Positions 33,728 through 41,962 of a stretch of 64,000 bases of DNA are shown here, one piece after another. The stretch is from contig JBAZNI010000002.1 in the NCBI GenBank assembly GCA_041649295.1, positions 141,356 through 205,355 on the forward strand, in the 5' to 3' direction. The stretch is from Candidatus Pacearchaeota archaeon. Lineage in GTDB: Archaea > Nanobdellota > Nanobdellia > Pacearchaeales > GW2011-AR1. A model generated the notes under the pieces. That model was not told the origin of the DNA. It saw only the letters and a program-made list of their open reading frames with translations, and ran no database searches. Both the position numbers and the translations under genes were made by a program. Numbering within the stretch: the stretch's first letter is position 1; each line of letters starts with the position of its first letter.

Positions 33728-35380
33728 ATGTATATTGTTAAGCAGGTTATTAATGGCGGAGAGTATTATTATATTCGGAGGAGTGTTAGGGAGGGGGACA
33801 AAGTTAAATCTAAACTTGTTTGTTATGGTGGCAAAACAAAAGAAGATGCAGAGAAAAAGCTGAAGGAATTGGAAGGAGAAAGGATTAAAAACAAAGAATT
33901 CAATGAACCAACAATGAATGAGAAAAACTTAACAATTGATGAGCTTGCTAATTTTTGCAAAGCTAAGGGGTTTATTTTCAGAAGTTCAGATATTTACGGA
34001 GGTTTGTCTGGATTTTGGGATTTTGGGCCACTTGGTGTAGAATTATTTAATAATATAAAACAAGATTGGTGGAATTTCTTTGTAAGGGAGCGAGAGAATA
34101 TGGTTGGAATGGACGGTTCTATCATTTCTCATCCAAGGACATGGAAAGCTTCTGGACATTTGGCAAGTTTTTCTGATGTTGCAGTTATATGCAAGAAATG
34201 CGGAAAATCAACTAAGTTAGATAAAAGCGAAGTTGGAAAAGCTAGTTGTGATTGTGGGGGAGATTATGATGTTAAAGGAGAGTTTAATTTAATGTTTAAA
34301 ACTTCAATAGGAGCTTTAGAGCCTATGGAAGCGTATCTTCGAGGAGAAACTGCACAAGGGATGTTTTTGGATTTTAAACTTATACAGCAAACCTCAAGAC
34401 AACAGCTACCATTTGGAATTGCGCAAATAGGAAAATGTTTTAGAAATGAAATTGCTCCGCGAGATTTTTTATTTCGTTCACGAGAATTTAATATTGGAGA
34501 ATTTGAATTTTTTATTAATCCAGAAGATAAAAAATGCGATTTATTAACTAAAGAACAATTGAAACTTAAATTTAATTTTTTAGATGATGAAACACAGAAA
34601 TCTGGAAGTGATAAATTGAAACAAGTTGAAATTGGAGATATTTTAAAAAAAGGCAAGTTAGACGAATGGCATGCTTACTGGTTAGCAGAGCAGATTAAAT
34701 GGTTTTATTCTTTAGGGTTATATGAGATAAAAATCAGAGAGCATACAAAAGAAGAGCTTAGCCATTATAGTTCTGCAACTTTTGATGTTGATTATGCATA
34801 TCCTTTTGGCAGCAAAGAACTTGGAGGAATTGCAAACAGAGGGCAGTATGATTTAACACAGCATCAGAAAGAAAGCAAGGAAAGCATGGAAATATTCGAC
34901 GATAAAACTAAAACTAAAGTTATTCCTAAAGTTATTGAACCTACATTTGGAATAGAGAGAGTATTTTTAGCTGTTTTGACAAAAGCATATAATTTTGACA
35001 AAGAAAGAGGAAATGTTGTCCTTAAAATTCCTGCTAAATTATCTCCTGTAAAAGCAGCTGTTTTTCCTATAATTAAAAAACCAGAATATGAGAAAATATG
35101 CGAGGATATTGTCAAAGATTTAAAAGAAGAGTGGAATGTCGCTTATGATAAATCTGGTAGTATTGGGAGAAGATATGCGCGAAATGATGAAATTGGAACT
35201 CCAATGTGCATAACAATTGATGAGCAAAGTTCTGAAGACAAATCTGTCACAGTAAGATGGAGAGATAATGCCGAGCAGATAAGGGTGAAAATAAAAGATT
35301 TAAGAGAGATGATGAGAAGAGTAATTAATGGCGAGGATATCTTTAATTTTGGAAAAAGAGTGGATACTAGAAAGAAATAA
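33728..35380 (+). CDS. glyS: glycyl-tRNA synthetase (archaeal/eukaryal alpha2 type) with ~60-aa N-terminal extension
   Basis: SSDIYGGLSGFWDFGPLGVEL, FRNEIAPRDFLFRSREF and a C-terminal anticodon-binding domain. A TATA-like AAATTTAAAAA about 25 nt upstream of ATG 33728 supports the long form. Confidence 0.9.
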   Translation: MYIVKQVINGGEYYYIRRSVREGDKVKSKLVCYGGKTKEDAEKKLKELEGERIKNKEFNEPTMNEKNLTIDELANFCKAKGFIFRSSDIYGGLSGFWDFGPLGVELFNNIKQDWWNFFVRERENMVGMDGSIISHPRTWKASGHLASFSDVAVICKKCGKSTKLDKSEVGKASCDCGGDYDVKGEFNLMFKTSIGALEPMEAYLRGETAQGMFLDFKLIQQTSRQQLPFGIAQIGKCFRNEIAPRDFLFRSREFNIGEFEFFINPEDKKCDLLTKEQLKLKFNFLDDETQKSGSDKLKQVEIGDILKKGKLDEWHAYWLAEQIKWFYSLGLYEIKIREHTKEELSHYSSATFDVDYAYPFGSKELGGIANRGQYDLTQHQKESKESMEIFDDKTKTKVIPKVIEPTFGIERVFLAVLTKAYNFDKERGNVVLKIPAKLSPVKAAVFPIIKKPEYEKICEDIVKDLKEEWNVAYDKSGSIGRRYARNDEIGTPMCITIDEQSSEDKSVTVRWRDNAEQIRVKIKDLREMMRRVINGEDIFNFGKRVDTRKK

Positions 35381-35781
35381 TTGACTTGAATTTGATAATC
35401 ATAATATTGCTCTTATAGAAATTTGTAATAATAAAATAAAAAAGAAAAAGATAAAAATCAAAAAGAAAAATAAAATTTGATAATATATAAAAATAAATAA
35501 TAAAATATGAAGTAAATTCTTACTTCTTTTTTTTCTTAGCAGCTTTTTTCTTAGCCATTGTTTTACCTCCTTAGATAAATGTTAATATAGAATCAATTAA
35601 ATTGATACTAATAAAACTAATTTTAATTATTTTTTTCCTCCTTTTATTTTATATTTTAAGCACTTCTTCTTTATAAATTTATGCCTTTAACAATTTCTTC
35701 CGTCGCTAAAATTCTAAATTTTTTTTATTTTTTTTATTAAATAACAGAAAAAATTAAAAAGTATAAATCCTAGAAATAATT

Positions 35782-36141
35782 ATGGCAAGTAAAAAATCTG
35801 AATGCATTTTTTGCAAAATAGCCTTAAAAGAGATTCCTGCTGAAATTATTTATGAAAACAACAGCTTTATTTCCTTCCCAGATGTTAATCCCAAGGTAGA
35901 AGGGCATACTTTAATTATACCAAAAAAGCATTTTGAAACCTGTATTGATATTCCGTCGTCATTAGGTGAAGAGCTTCTTGATGCAATTAAGAACACAGCT
36001 GAAATAAGGATTAAGCAGGGGGCTGATGGGTTTAATATTCTCCAAAATAATGGGAAAGCTGCAGGGCAGATTGTAATGCACGCCCATTTTCATCTTCTGC
36101 CGATAAGAAATGGGGGTAGAAAGATTAATTTGCCATTTTAA
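35782..36141 (+). CDS. HIT-family (histidine triad) nucleotide hydrolase
   Basis: CIFCKI near the N-terminus and the histidine triad VMHAHFHLLP. Confidence 0.85.
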   Translation: MASKKSECIFCKIALKEIPAEIIYENNSFISFPDVNPKVEGHTLIIPKKHFETCIDIPSSLGEELLDAIKNTAEIRIKQGADGFNILQNNGKAAGQIVMHAHFHLLPIRNGGRKINLPF

Positions 36142-36211
36142 ACTTATATTTGTGTAAAGTGAACCTTACATATTTGGCAATCTTTAAATATGGATAAAAC
36201 TTATTTTTATA

Positions 36212-37063
36212 ATGAAAAACATTGTCGTGGGATATATAACCTCGATATCGGGAATGGAAAAAGAGGATAAAATTTTCTTTAAACTTGCTAAAGAAAAAGG
36301 AATTGAATTAGTGAGATTTAATATTTATGAAGATTTGGATGAAAAACAGCTTGAGGAGAAGGTTAAGAAATGTGATATATTCTATAGCAGCACTGCAGAA
36401 GATTTTGTTGTTGAGTTTATAAAAACTATAGAGGAAATTGGCAAAAAGGTTATCCCCAGTTCAGAAGCTTATTATTACTGCGAGGATAAATGGATGCTAT
36501 TTCTTAAGTGCAGAGAGCATAAAATTCCTGTTCCCGAGACAATTCTTTTATCAGAGCATATTCCCACTGCCAAAAAAGAATTGAAAAATTTTGGCCAATG
36601 GCCAGTAATATTAAAAAGGGTTTCTGGGACAATGGGGCAGTTTGTTGAAAAAGCAGACAATCTTTCTGAATCTGAAAAAATAATAAAAAAATTTTGGATT
36701 AAGGGAAGCGAAAGACTGCCGATTATTGCCCAAGAGTTTATTAGTTCTCCTTCATATAGAGTCACAACTATTGGGGATAAAATTGTTCAAACAGCTTTAA
36801 AAGAGAATAAAGGATGGAAATCAACAGGAGTTTATGCAAGCAAGTTTAAGCGATTTGAGGTGGATAAAGAACTTAATAGCATTATAAAGAAAACAAAAAA
36901 AATCGTAAAAATAGACATATGTGGAATGGACTTTTTGAAACAAAATGGAAGGTGGATTCTTCTTGAAGTTAATTCAGAGCCGGCATTTGATTTTTTCTTA
37001 AATGACGAAGAAATGCTCGTTAATGAAACAATTAATTTTTTAAAAAAAGAATCTAGGCGTTAA
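36212..37063 (+). CDS. ATP-grasp enzyme (RimK/LysX-like ligase)
   Basis: 283 aa. WPVILKRVSGTMGQFV and the C-terminal LLEVNSEPAF are typical of RimK-type ATP-grasp folds. Confidence 0.7.
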   Translation: MKNIVVGYITSISGMEKEDKIFFKLAKEKGIELVRFNIYEDLDEKQLEEKVKKCDIFYSSTAEDFVVEFIKTIEEIGKKVIPSSEAYYYCEDKWMLFLKCREHKIPVPETILLSEHIPTAKKELKNFGQWPVILKRVSGTMGQFVEKADNLSESEKIIKKFWIKGSERLPIIAQEFISSPSYRVTTIGDKIVQTALKENKGWKSTGVYASKFKRFEVDKELNSIIKKTKKIVKIDICGMDFLKQNGRWILLEVNSEPAFDFFLNDEEMLVNETINFLKKESRR

Positions 37064-37810
37064 TCATCTATAAATTTTATGAAGTTTTTTAAGGGTTTTT
37101 AGATTTATTTCAGCAGTTATTATCCCCTCTTTGTGGACTATTTTGCTTAGTATTCTGTGCGGATCAGCTATTGCAGAATAAGAAACTTGAAATTTCGAAT
37201 CCATAACTGGATTGCAGAGTGCAACATAACAGATATTTTCAAAAGCTCTTGCCATGATTAAAGATTCAAGCAGTTTTATTTCTCTTTCTTTATGCTCCTG
37301 GTCATGCGCTTTTGTTTCATACCACCATTGAGATGGGCAGAAGATTATTTCTGCACCTGCCTGCTTCATTTTTTTAAAAAGTTCTGGAAATGCCAAATCC
37401 CAGCATAATGCCAGCCCTATTTTTGCGAAATCTGTTTTAAAAACTCTAATTCTTTTTCCAGCAGATGTTTTGTCTCCATAGAGGTTTATTTTTTTGTAGA
37501 ACCCCTTTATTTTTCCACACCTATCAATTAATATAGCAAGATTATAAGTTTTATTTTTAATCATAATATCTTCACTGATTACACACCAGATTGAATGTTT
37601 TTTGCATTCTTCTTTTATCGAAACAATGAATGGATGTTTTAAATCAAGCACTTTTGTTTTATGCACGCAAGATTCTGGAAAGCAAACAATATCGGCACCA
37701 GCTTCTTTAGCTAATCTTATGTATTTTTTTATTTTTTCGACGTTATTTTTTTTAGAAAGATCAAAATATTTTATCTGGGCAACAGCAATAATAGGTTTTT
37801 TATCTTTCAT
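37064..37810 (-). CDS. carbon-nitrogen hydrolase (nitrilase superfamily)
   Basis: Glu-Lys-Cys triad context: DIVCFPES, YKKINLY and GLALCWDLAFPE. Confidence 0.8.
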   Translation of the reverse strand: MKDKKPIIAVAQIKYFDLSKKNNVEKIKKYIRLAKEAGADIVCFPESCVHKTKVLDLKHPFIVSIKEECKKHSIWCVISEDIMIKNKTYNLAILIDRCGKIKGFYKKINLYGDKTSAGKRIRVFKTDFAKIGLALCWDLAFPELFKKMKQAGAEIIFCPSQWWYETKAHDQEHKEREIKLLESLIMARAFENICYVALCNPVMDSKFQVSYSAIADPHRILSKIVHKEGIITAEINLKTLKKLHKIYR

Positions 37811-37854
37811 ATTTTAGATAGAAGTTCCGAATTTATAAACTTCTCTACTGGATA

Positions 37855-38133
37855 TTAGTTTAAGAAGAACTCTTCATCATCCTTATTTTTTTTACCTAAT
37901 TTGGTTTCTTTATTACTTGAGCTGTGGAGATTGTTTATATTTTTTCTGTATTTTATTGAATATAACAATATAACTACAATCCAAAAGAAAGAGACTATTC
38001 CAATTGCTATGTTTGTTATTATATTGGTTATATCTTTTGAGACAATAAAGAATATTAGGATTCCTGTTGAAAGAAAGGAAGCAACAGCCATTAAATCAAA
38101 AAATATCGGAGAATTAGCATTTTTTTTCAGCAT
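37855..38133 (-). CDS. small membrane protein
   Basis: 92 aa with two hydrophobic helices. No family recognised. Confidence 0.35.
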   Translation of the reverse strand: MLKKNANSPIFFDLMAVASFLSTGILIFFIVSKDITNIITNIAIGIVSFFWIVVILLYSIKYRKNINNLHSSSNKETKLGKKNKDDEEFFLN

Positions 38134-38242
38134 AGATTTTACAGGATATAGAGGTTTATAAAGATAATGCTACTTTTTTTAAATTTGCCTGATTTTTGTA
38201 AATTAATTAACTTTTTAAATAAACCTTGTTTCAATTTTATAT

Positions 38243-38315
38243 GCCTGCGTAGCTCAGTTGTTAGAGCGCCGCTCTCATGAGGCGGAGGTCGAGGGTTAAA
38301 TTCCCCCCGCAGGCA
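38243..38315 (+). tRNA. tRNA-Met or tRNA-Ile2 (anticodon CAT) with atypical T-arm
   Basis: Acceptor GCCTGCG/CGCAGGC, anticodon stem CCGCT/GGCGG, loop CTCATGA. The T-arm GAGGG-TTAAATT-CCCCC has an A-C mismatch and lacks the usual C56. Confidence 0.7.
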
Positions 38316-38379
38316 TTTTATGGCAAAATTAGATTTGCATAATAAAATAACTTTTAAACTCTGATTTCTTTAATAATAC

Positions 38380-38601
38380 ATGGTTTTTGAAGAAGTAGCA
38401 TCAAGTTTAGGGCCAGATTTTGCTGAAAGTTTTAATTCAATTGCGACAATTTTGCAAATTATTGGCGGTATTTTTGGGATTTATGTTATATTCTGGGCAA
38501 TAAATCTTTTTATTAATTTTAGAAAGAATAAAACCCTGAAGAATATATTAAAGAATACAGAAGAAATAAATGCCAAACTTGGCAAATTACTTAAGAAATA
38601 A
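38380..38601 (+). CDS. small membrane protein
   Basis: 73 aa with one central TM (IIGGIFGIYVIFWAINLFI). Confidence 0.35.
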   Translation: MVFEEVASSLGPDFAESFNSIATILQIIGGIFGIYVIFWAINLFINFRKNKTLKNILKNTEEINAKLGKLLKK

Positions 38602-38606
38602 TATTA

Positions 38607-38933
38607 TTATTTTTTAGTGAGTGTGATATCTATTGTAGAAACATTTATCTTCTTATTTTCTTCATTTTCAAATTTATCAGTTCCGATTTTTATAGAATCC
38701 TCTAACTCTATGTTTTCCTGCTCTTTGAATCTTTTTTTAGTAACCTCGGCAATATCTACCCCTCTTGAAATAAACTTCCCTCTTGCTTTGATTGTAACCT
38801 CTGGATTTTCCTTTAATTGCATAATTGTTGCAATTACATATTTCATAAATGGCTTGTCTCCTATAAAAACCCGGTTTGTTTCAGATGTTTTTGTAACTAT
38901 GCCTGCTTCTTTGTTGTGCTTCTTTTTTTCCAT
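38607..38933 (-). CDS. albA: DNA/RNA-binding protein Alba
   Basis: NRVFIGDKPFMKYVIATIMQLKENPEVTIKARGKFISRGVDIAEV matches the Alba core. Confidence 0.85.
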   Translation of the reverse strand: MEKKKHNKEAGIVTKTSETNRVFIGDKPFMKYVIATIMQLKENPEVTIKARGKFISRGVDIAEVTKKRFKEQENIELEDSIKIGTDKFENEENKKINVSTIDITLTKK

Positions 38934-38935
38934 TT

Positions 38936-39124
38936 TTATCCTGCTTTTTTATTTCTTTTAATCCTCGATATATAGCCTGCTATTTTATTTCTTGTACCTA
39001 TATCTGGCAGGTTATATATTTTTAGCAGTTCTTTGTTTTTTTCAAAATTCACACTAAATTCAGGAGTTCTTGCAACCAATGTTTTTGCAGTCTTCTTTAT
39101 TGCTTTTGATTTTATCCGGCCCAT
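38936..39124 (-). CDS. rps17e: 30S ribosomal protein eS17 (S17e)
   Basis: MGRIKSKAIKKTAKTLV...NKIAGYISRIKR is typical of S17e; 62 aa. Confidence 0.9.
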   Translation of the reverse strand: MGRIKSKAIKKTAKTLVARTPEFSVNFEKNKELLKIYNLPDIGTRNKIAGYISRIKRNKKAG

Positions 39125-39222
39125 TATGTTTTAATCTCTTGTTCAGCATATTTAAATTTTTCCATATTCTTAAATTTTTAAATTTTGCGAAGTTTTATAT
39201 ATACTGGCTTATTCTCCTAATT

Positions 39223-39801
39223 ATGGCTAAAAAAACTGGAAAATTAAAAGATAAATCCTGCAAAAGTTCGAAAAATCATACAAAGGAAAAGATAATTGCA
39301 AGGTTTTCTGGAGACTCAGTTATAAGTTCTTCTAAGGGTGCAAGGGATTTATACAGCAGAAGTTTTTTTGGAGAGTATATTGATGGCAAAATTCATTATT
39401 CTTTTGTAGAAGCGTTATACCTTATTGGCAAAAATAAAATTGAAGTTTATGATAATACTAAAAAGATTAGTTTTAACCTCTTACTGGATAAGTGCAAGAA
39501 AGTTGATAAAAAAATTCAGATTAAGTATATTGTTTATAAAGATTTGAGAGATAGAGGATATCTTTTGAAAACTGCGCTTAAGTTCGGGGCGGACTTTAGG
39601 GTTTATGATAAGGGGGCTTATCCTGGCAAGGAGCATGCTAAATGGATACTTTACCCTGTTAATGAGAATTCTGAATTAACCTGGCACGAGTTTTCTGCTA
39701 AAAATCGTGTGGCTCATAGCACAAAAAAGAACCTTTTAATAGCAATTGTTGATAGTGAAGGAAGCATTATTTATTATGAAATTGCTTGGATTAGGCCTTA
39801 A
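39223..39801 (+). CDS. endA: tRNA-splicing endonuclease
   Basis: SFVEALYL, VYKDLRDRGYLLKTALKFGADFRVYDKG and HAKWIL match the EndA catalytic domain. Start moved from 39070 to ATG 39223. Confidence 0.85.
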   Translation: MAKKTGKLKDKSCKSSKNHTKEKIIARFSGDSVISSSKGARDLYSRSFFGEYIDGKIHYSFVEALYLIGKNKIEVYDNTKKISFNLLLDKCKKVDKKIQIKYIVYKDLRDRGYLLKTALKFGADFRVYDKGAYPGKEHAKWILYPVNENSELTWHEFSAKNRVAHSTKKNLLIAIVDSEGSIIYYEIAWIRP

Positions 39802-39857
39802 TTTTACCTATTCGCTCTTATAATAAACTTTATAATGTATATCCTATAAATATAATT

Positions 39858-40856
39858 ATGGAATTTTCCAATGCAGGGAATGTTGTAGACCAAAAAGAGA
39901 AGATGATGCAGTTTATTGAAACGTGCGGGCCTACAATTCCAGTTAGGATGGCAAATTATCTTCGGGTGGATTCTATAATTGTTTCTGCAATGCTTTCAGA
40001 ATTATTATCTGAGAAAAGACTGGTATTAAGCCATATGAGAGTTGGAAATTCTCCTATTTATTTCATGAAAGGGCAGGAATTTAAACTGGAAAATTTCTCC
40101 CAGTATCTTTCAAGCAAGGAAAGAGAGGCATTTGAAATGCTTAAAGATAATTCAGTGCTGGATGATGAAAAAATGCTTCCAGCTATCAGAGTTGCCTTAA
40201 GAGCTATTAAAGATTTTGCATTTTCTTTTAATTGCAATGGAAAGACATATTGGAGATACCTTAAGGTTAATGAAGATAAAGCAGTTGAATTAATTAATTC
40301 TGGATTAACAGTTCTAAAACAGATATCAGAACAAATATCAGTGCAGAAACCGGCCTTTTTAATTCAAAGGGGCATTGAAACTAATTATCAGGGAGAAGTT
40401 GCAGTGAAACATGAGGGAATTGAAGTTGAAAAAAAACAGGCAGAGTTTGTCAGCCCTTTTGATGCAGGGGCAAAAGATAAAGAGAAGTCAGAGTTTATTC
40501 AAGAATTGGAAATTAAACCTATTATTAAAGTAATAAGAAAGGCAAGGGCAAAACCAAAATCTAATTTTGAAATTAAGATTAACAAGTTTATTGAAGAGAG
40601 TAAATTGGAAATTTCTGAAAACCTTAAAAATAAGAAAAAAGAGATTATTGGGGTTATTAGATTTAATGGCAGGGAGCACCTTTTTATTGCAAAAGATAAA
40701 AAAATAATAAATGAATCTGATATTAACTCTTTACTAAAATCTGGAAAGAAAATGAAACTGCCTATACTTCTTGTTTCAGAAGGAGAGCCAAATAAAAAAG
40801 CAATAGAAGGGATAGATTATTTTAAAAGCCTTATTAGTTACAGGAAGCTGGCATAG
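39858..40856 (+). CDS. hypothetical protein with N-terminal winged-helix-like domain
   Basis: 332 aa. The N-terminus (IPVRMANYLRVDSIIVSAMLSELLSEKRLVLSHMRVGNSPIYF) looks like a wHTH. No family assignment. Confidence 0.4.
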   Translation: MEFSNAGNVVDQKEKMMQFIETCGPTIPVRMANYLRVDSIIVSAMLSELLSEKRLVLSHMRVGNSPIYFMKGQEFKLENFSQYLSSKEREAFEMLKDNSVLDDEKMLPAIRVALRAIKDFAFSFNCNGKTYWRYLKVNEDKAVELINSGLTVLKQISEQISVQKPAFLIQRGIETNYQGEVAVKHEGIEVEKKQAEFVSPFDAGAKDKEKSEFIQELEIKPIIKVIRKARAKPKSNFEIKINKFIEESKLEISENLKNKKKEIIGVIRFNGREHLFIAKDKKIINESDINSLLKSGKKMKLPILLVSEGEPNKKAIEGIDYFKSLISYRKLA

Positions 40857-40920
40857 GCAATCACTATTTTAGAGTTAATTTAACATAAGGGTTTATAAAT
40901 ACGAATTTTTATGAAAAGAT

Positions 40921-41676
40921 ATGGAAGTAATAGAAATACAAGACATAAAAACGCGGGTAGGAGTTGCATCTACTGTTAGGGCTAATGATTTAATTCCAGT
41001 TTATGTTGAGGGTGTTAAAAGATTTTTAAGAGATAATCTATCTATGGGAGAGGAATGGGTTAAAACTGCTAGAGGCAGATTATATAACTTTTCTGGAAAA
41101 AGTGGAGAGGGGGATATTCTTGGTTCAAGTGCAGATATGGGTGTTGCTATTGCAACATTTTTCCCAGAATTTCCTTTAATTACTGGACAACAGCTTTTAA
41201 GACTATATTTAAAAATAGGGAATAAAAATCCTTCTGGACATGTTTATATTGATTTTGGTGTTCAAATTAATGGCAAACCAAGATTTAACCAAATTCAAGC
41301 AGAAATACTTTTAAAAGATTTTAAATCAAGAGGGATAGATGTTGGAGAGGGGAGAGTTCCAGATTTTAATCAGCTAAGGTTAGTAGCAGATGAAAATTGT
41401 GGATTAGCTTATAGATTAGCAGAAGATGTCATAGCAGAGAATATTGTTGCTGTTTCAGCGTATCCATTTGGAACTAGAGTTGGTAAAGATGGATTGTTCG
41501 GGGCTTATCTTGACGGGGATGGTAGCTGGTACGCTATTGTTGGGGGCTTGCCTAGCTCTGGCTCCGTTGGTCAGATGGTTCGTTATGACACCAAAGGCGT
41601 CGTGCCAAAAAAATTAGACACCTCTAGCGATAATTTGGTGGATAAACTAACACGAGATTTCATTAAAAGATTTTAG
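40921..41676 (+). CDS. hypothetical protein, paralogue of 55809..56612, with A-depleted hypervariable-looking C-terminal patch
   Basis: 251 aa, no signal peptide. Collinear similarity to the 267-aa protein (ILGSS/ITGSS, LRLVADENCGLAYRL/HRLDGNFPYGVAISL, G.dG..W patch, TSSDNL/TSADLL tail). Confidence 0.5.
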   Translation: MEVIEIQDIKTRVGVASTVRANDLIPVYVEGVKRFLRDNLSMGEEWVKTARGRLYNFSGKSGEGDILGSSADMGVAIATFFPEFPLITGQQLLRLYLKIGNKNPSGHVYIDFGVQINGKPRFNQIQAEILLKDFKSRGIDVGEGRVPDFNQLRLVADENCGLAYRLAEDVIAENIVAVSAYPFGTRVGKDGLFGAYLDGDGSWYAIVGGLPSSGSVGQMVRYDTKGVVPKKLDTSSDNLVDKLTRDFIKRF

Positions 41677-41962
41677 AAATATTTTTAAGTTTTCTTTTTT
41701 TATTAATATTCCTAACCATCTGGTTAGGCCACACGTCAGTTTATTAAGACATTATTTGAGTTTATCTTAAATTATTAAGAAAAATAAATGTTAGGAATAT
41801 GGAAAATAAAATTAAACAATTTACAAAAGGACAAATTAGCTTAAAAAGTTATTATATAATTTTTAAGGTGGGCAGGCATATTCAATGTGGGCAGATACAT
41901 ATAATCTAAGGAATATATTCACAAAACAAATGATTTAAATATTTCTGTTTATGATGTTTATT

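Noticed and set aside
39070-39222. 51-codon hydrophobic N-terminal extension of endA in the ORF track
   Set aside because: It overlaps rps17e on the opposite strand and the intergenic promoter. The EndA homology starts at MAKKTGK (39223).
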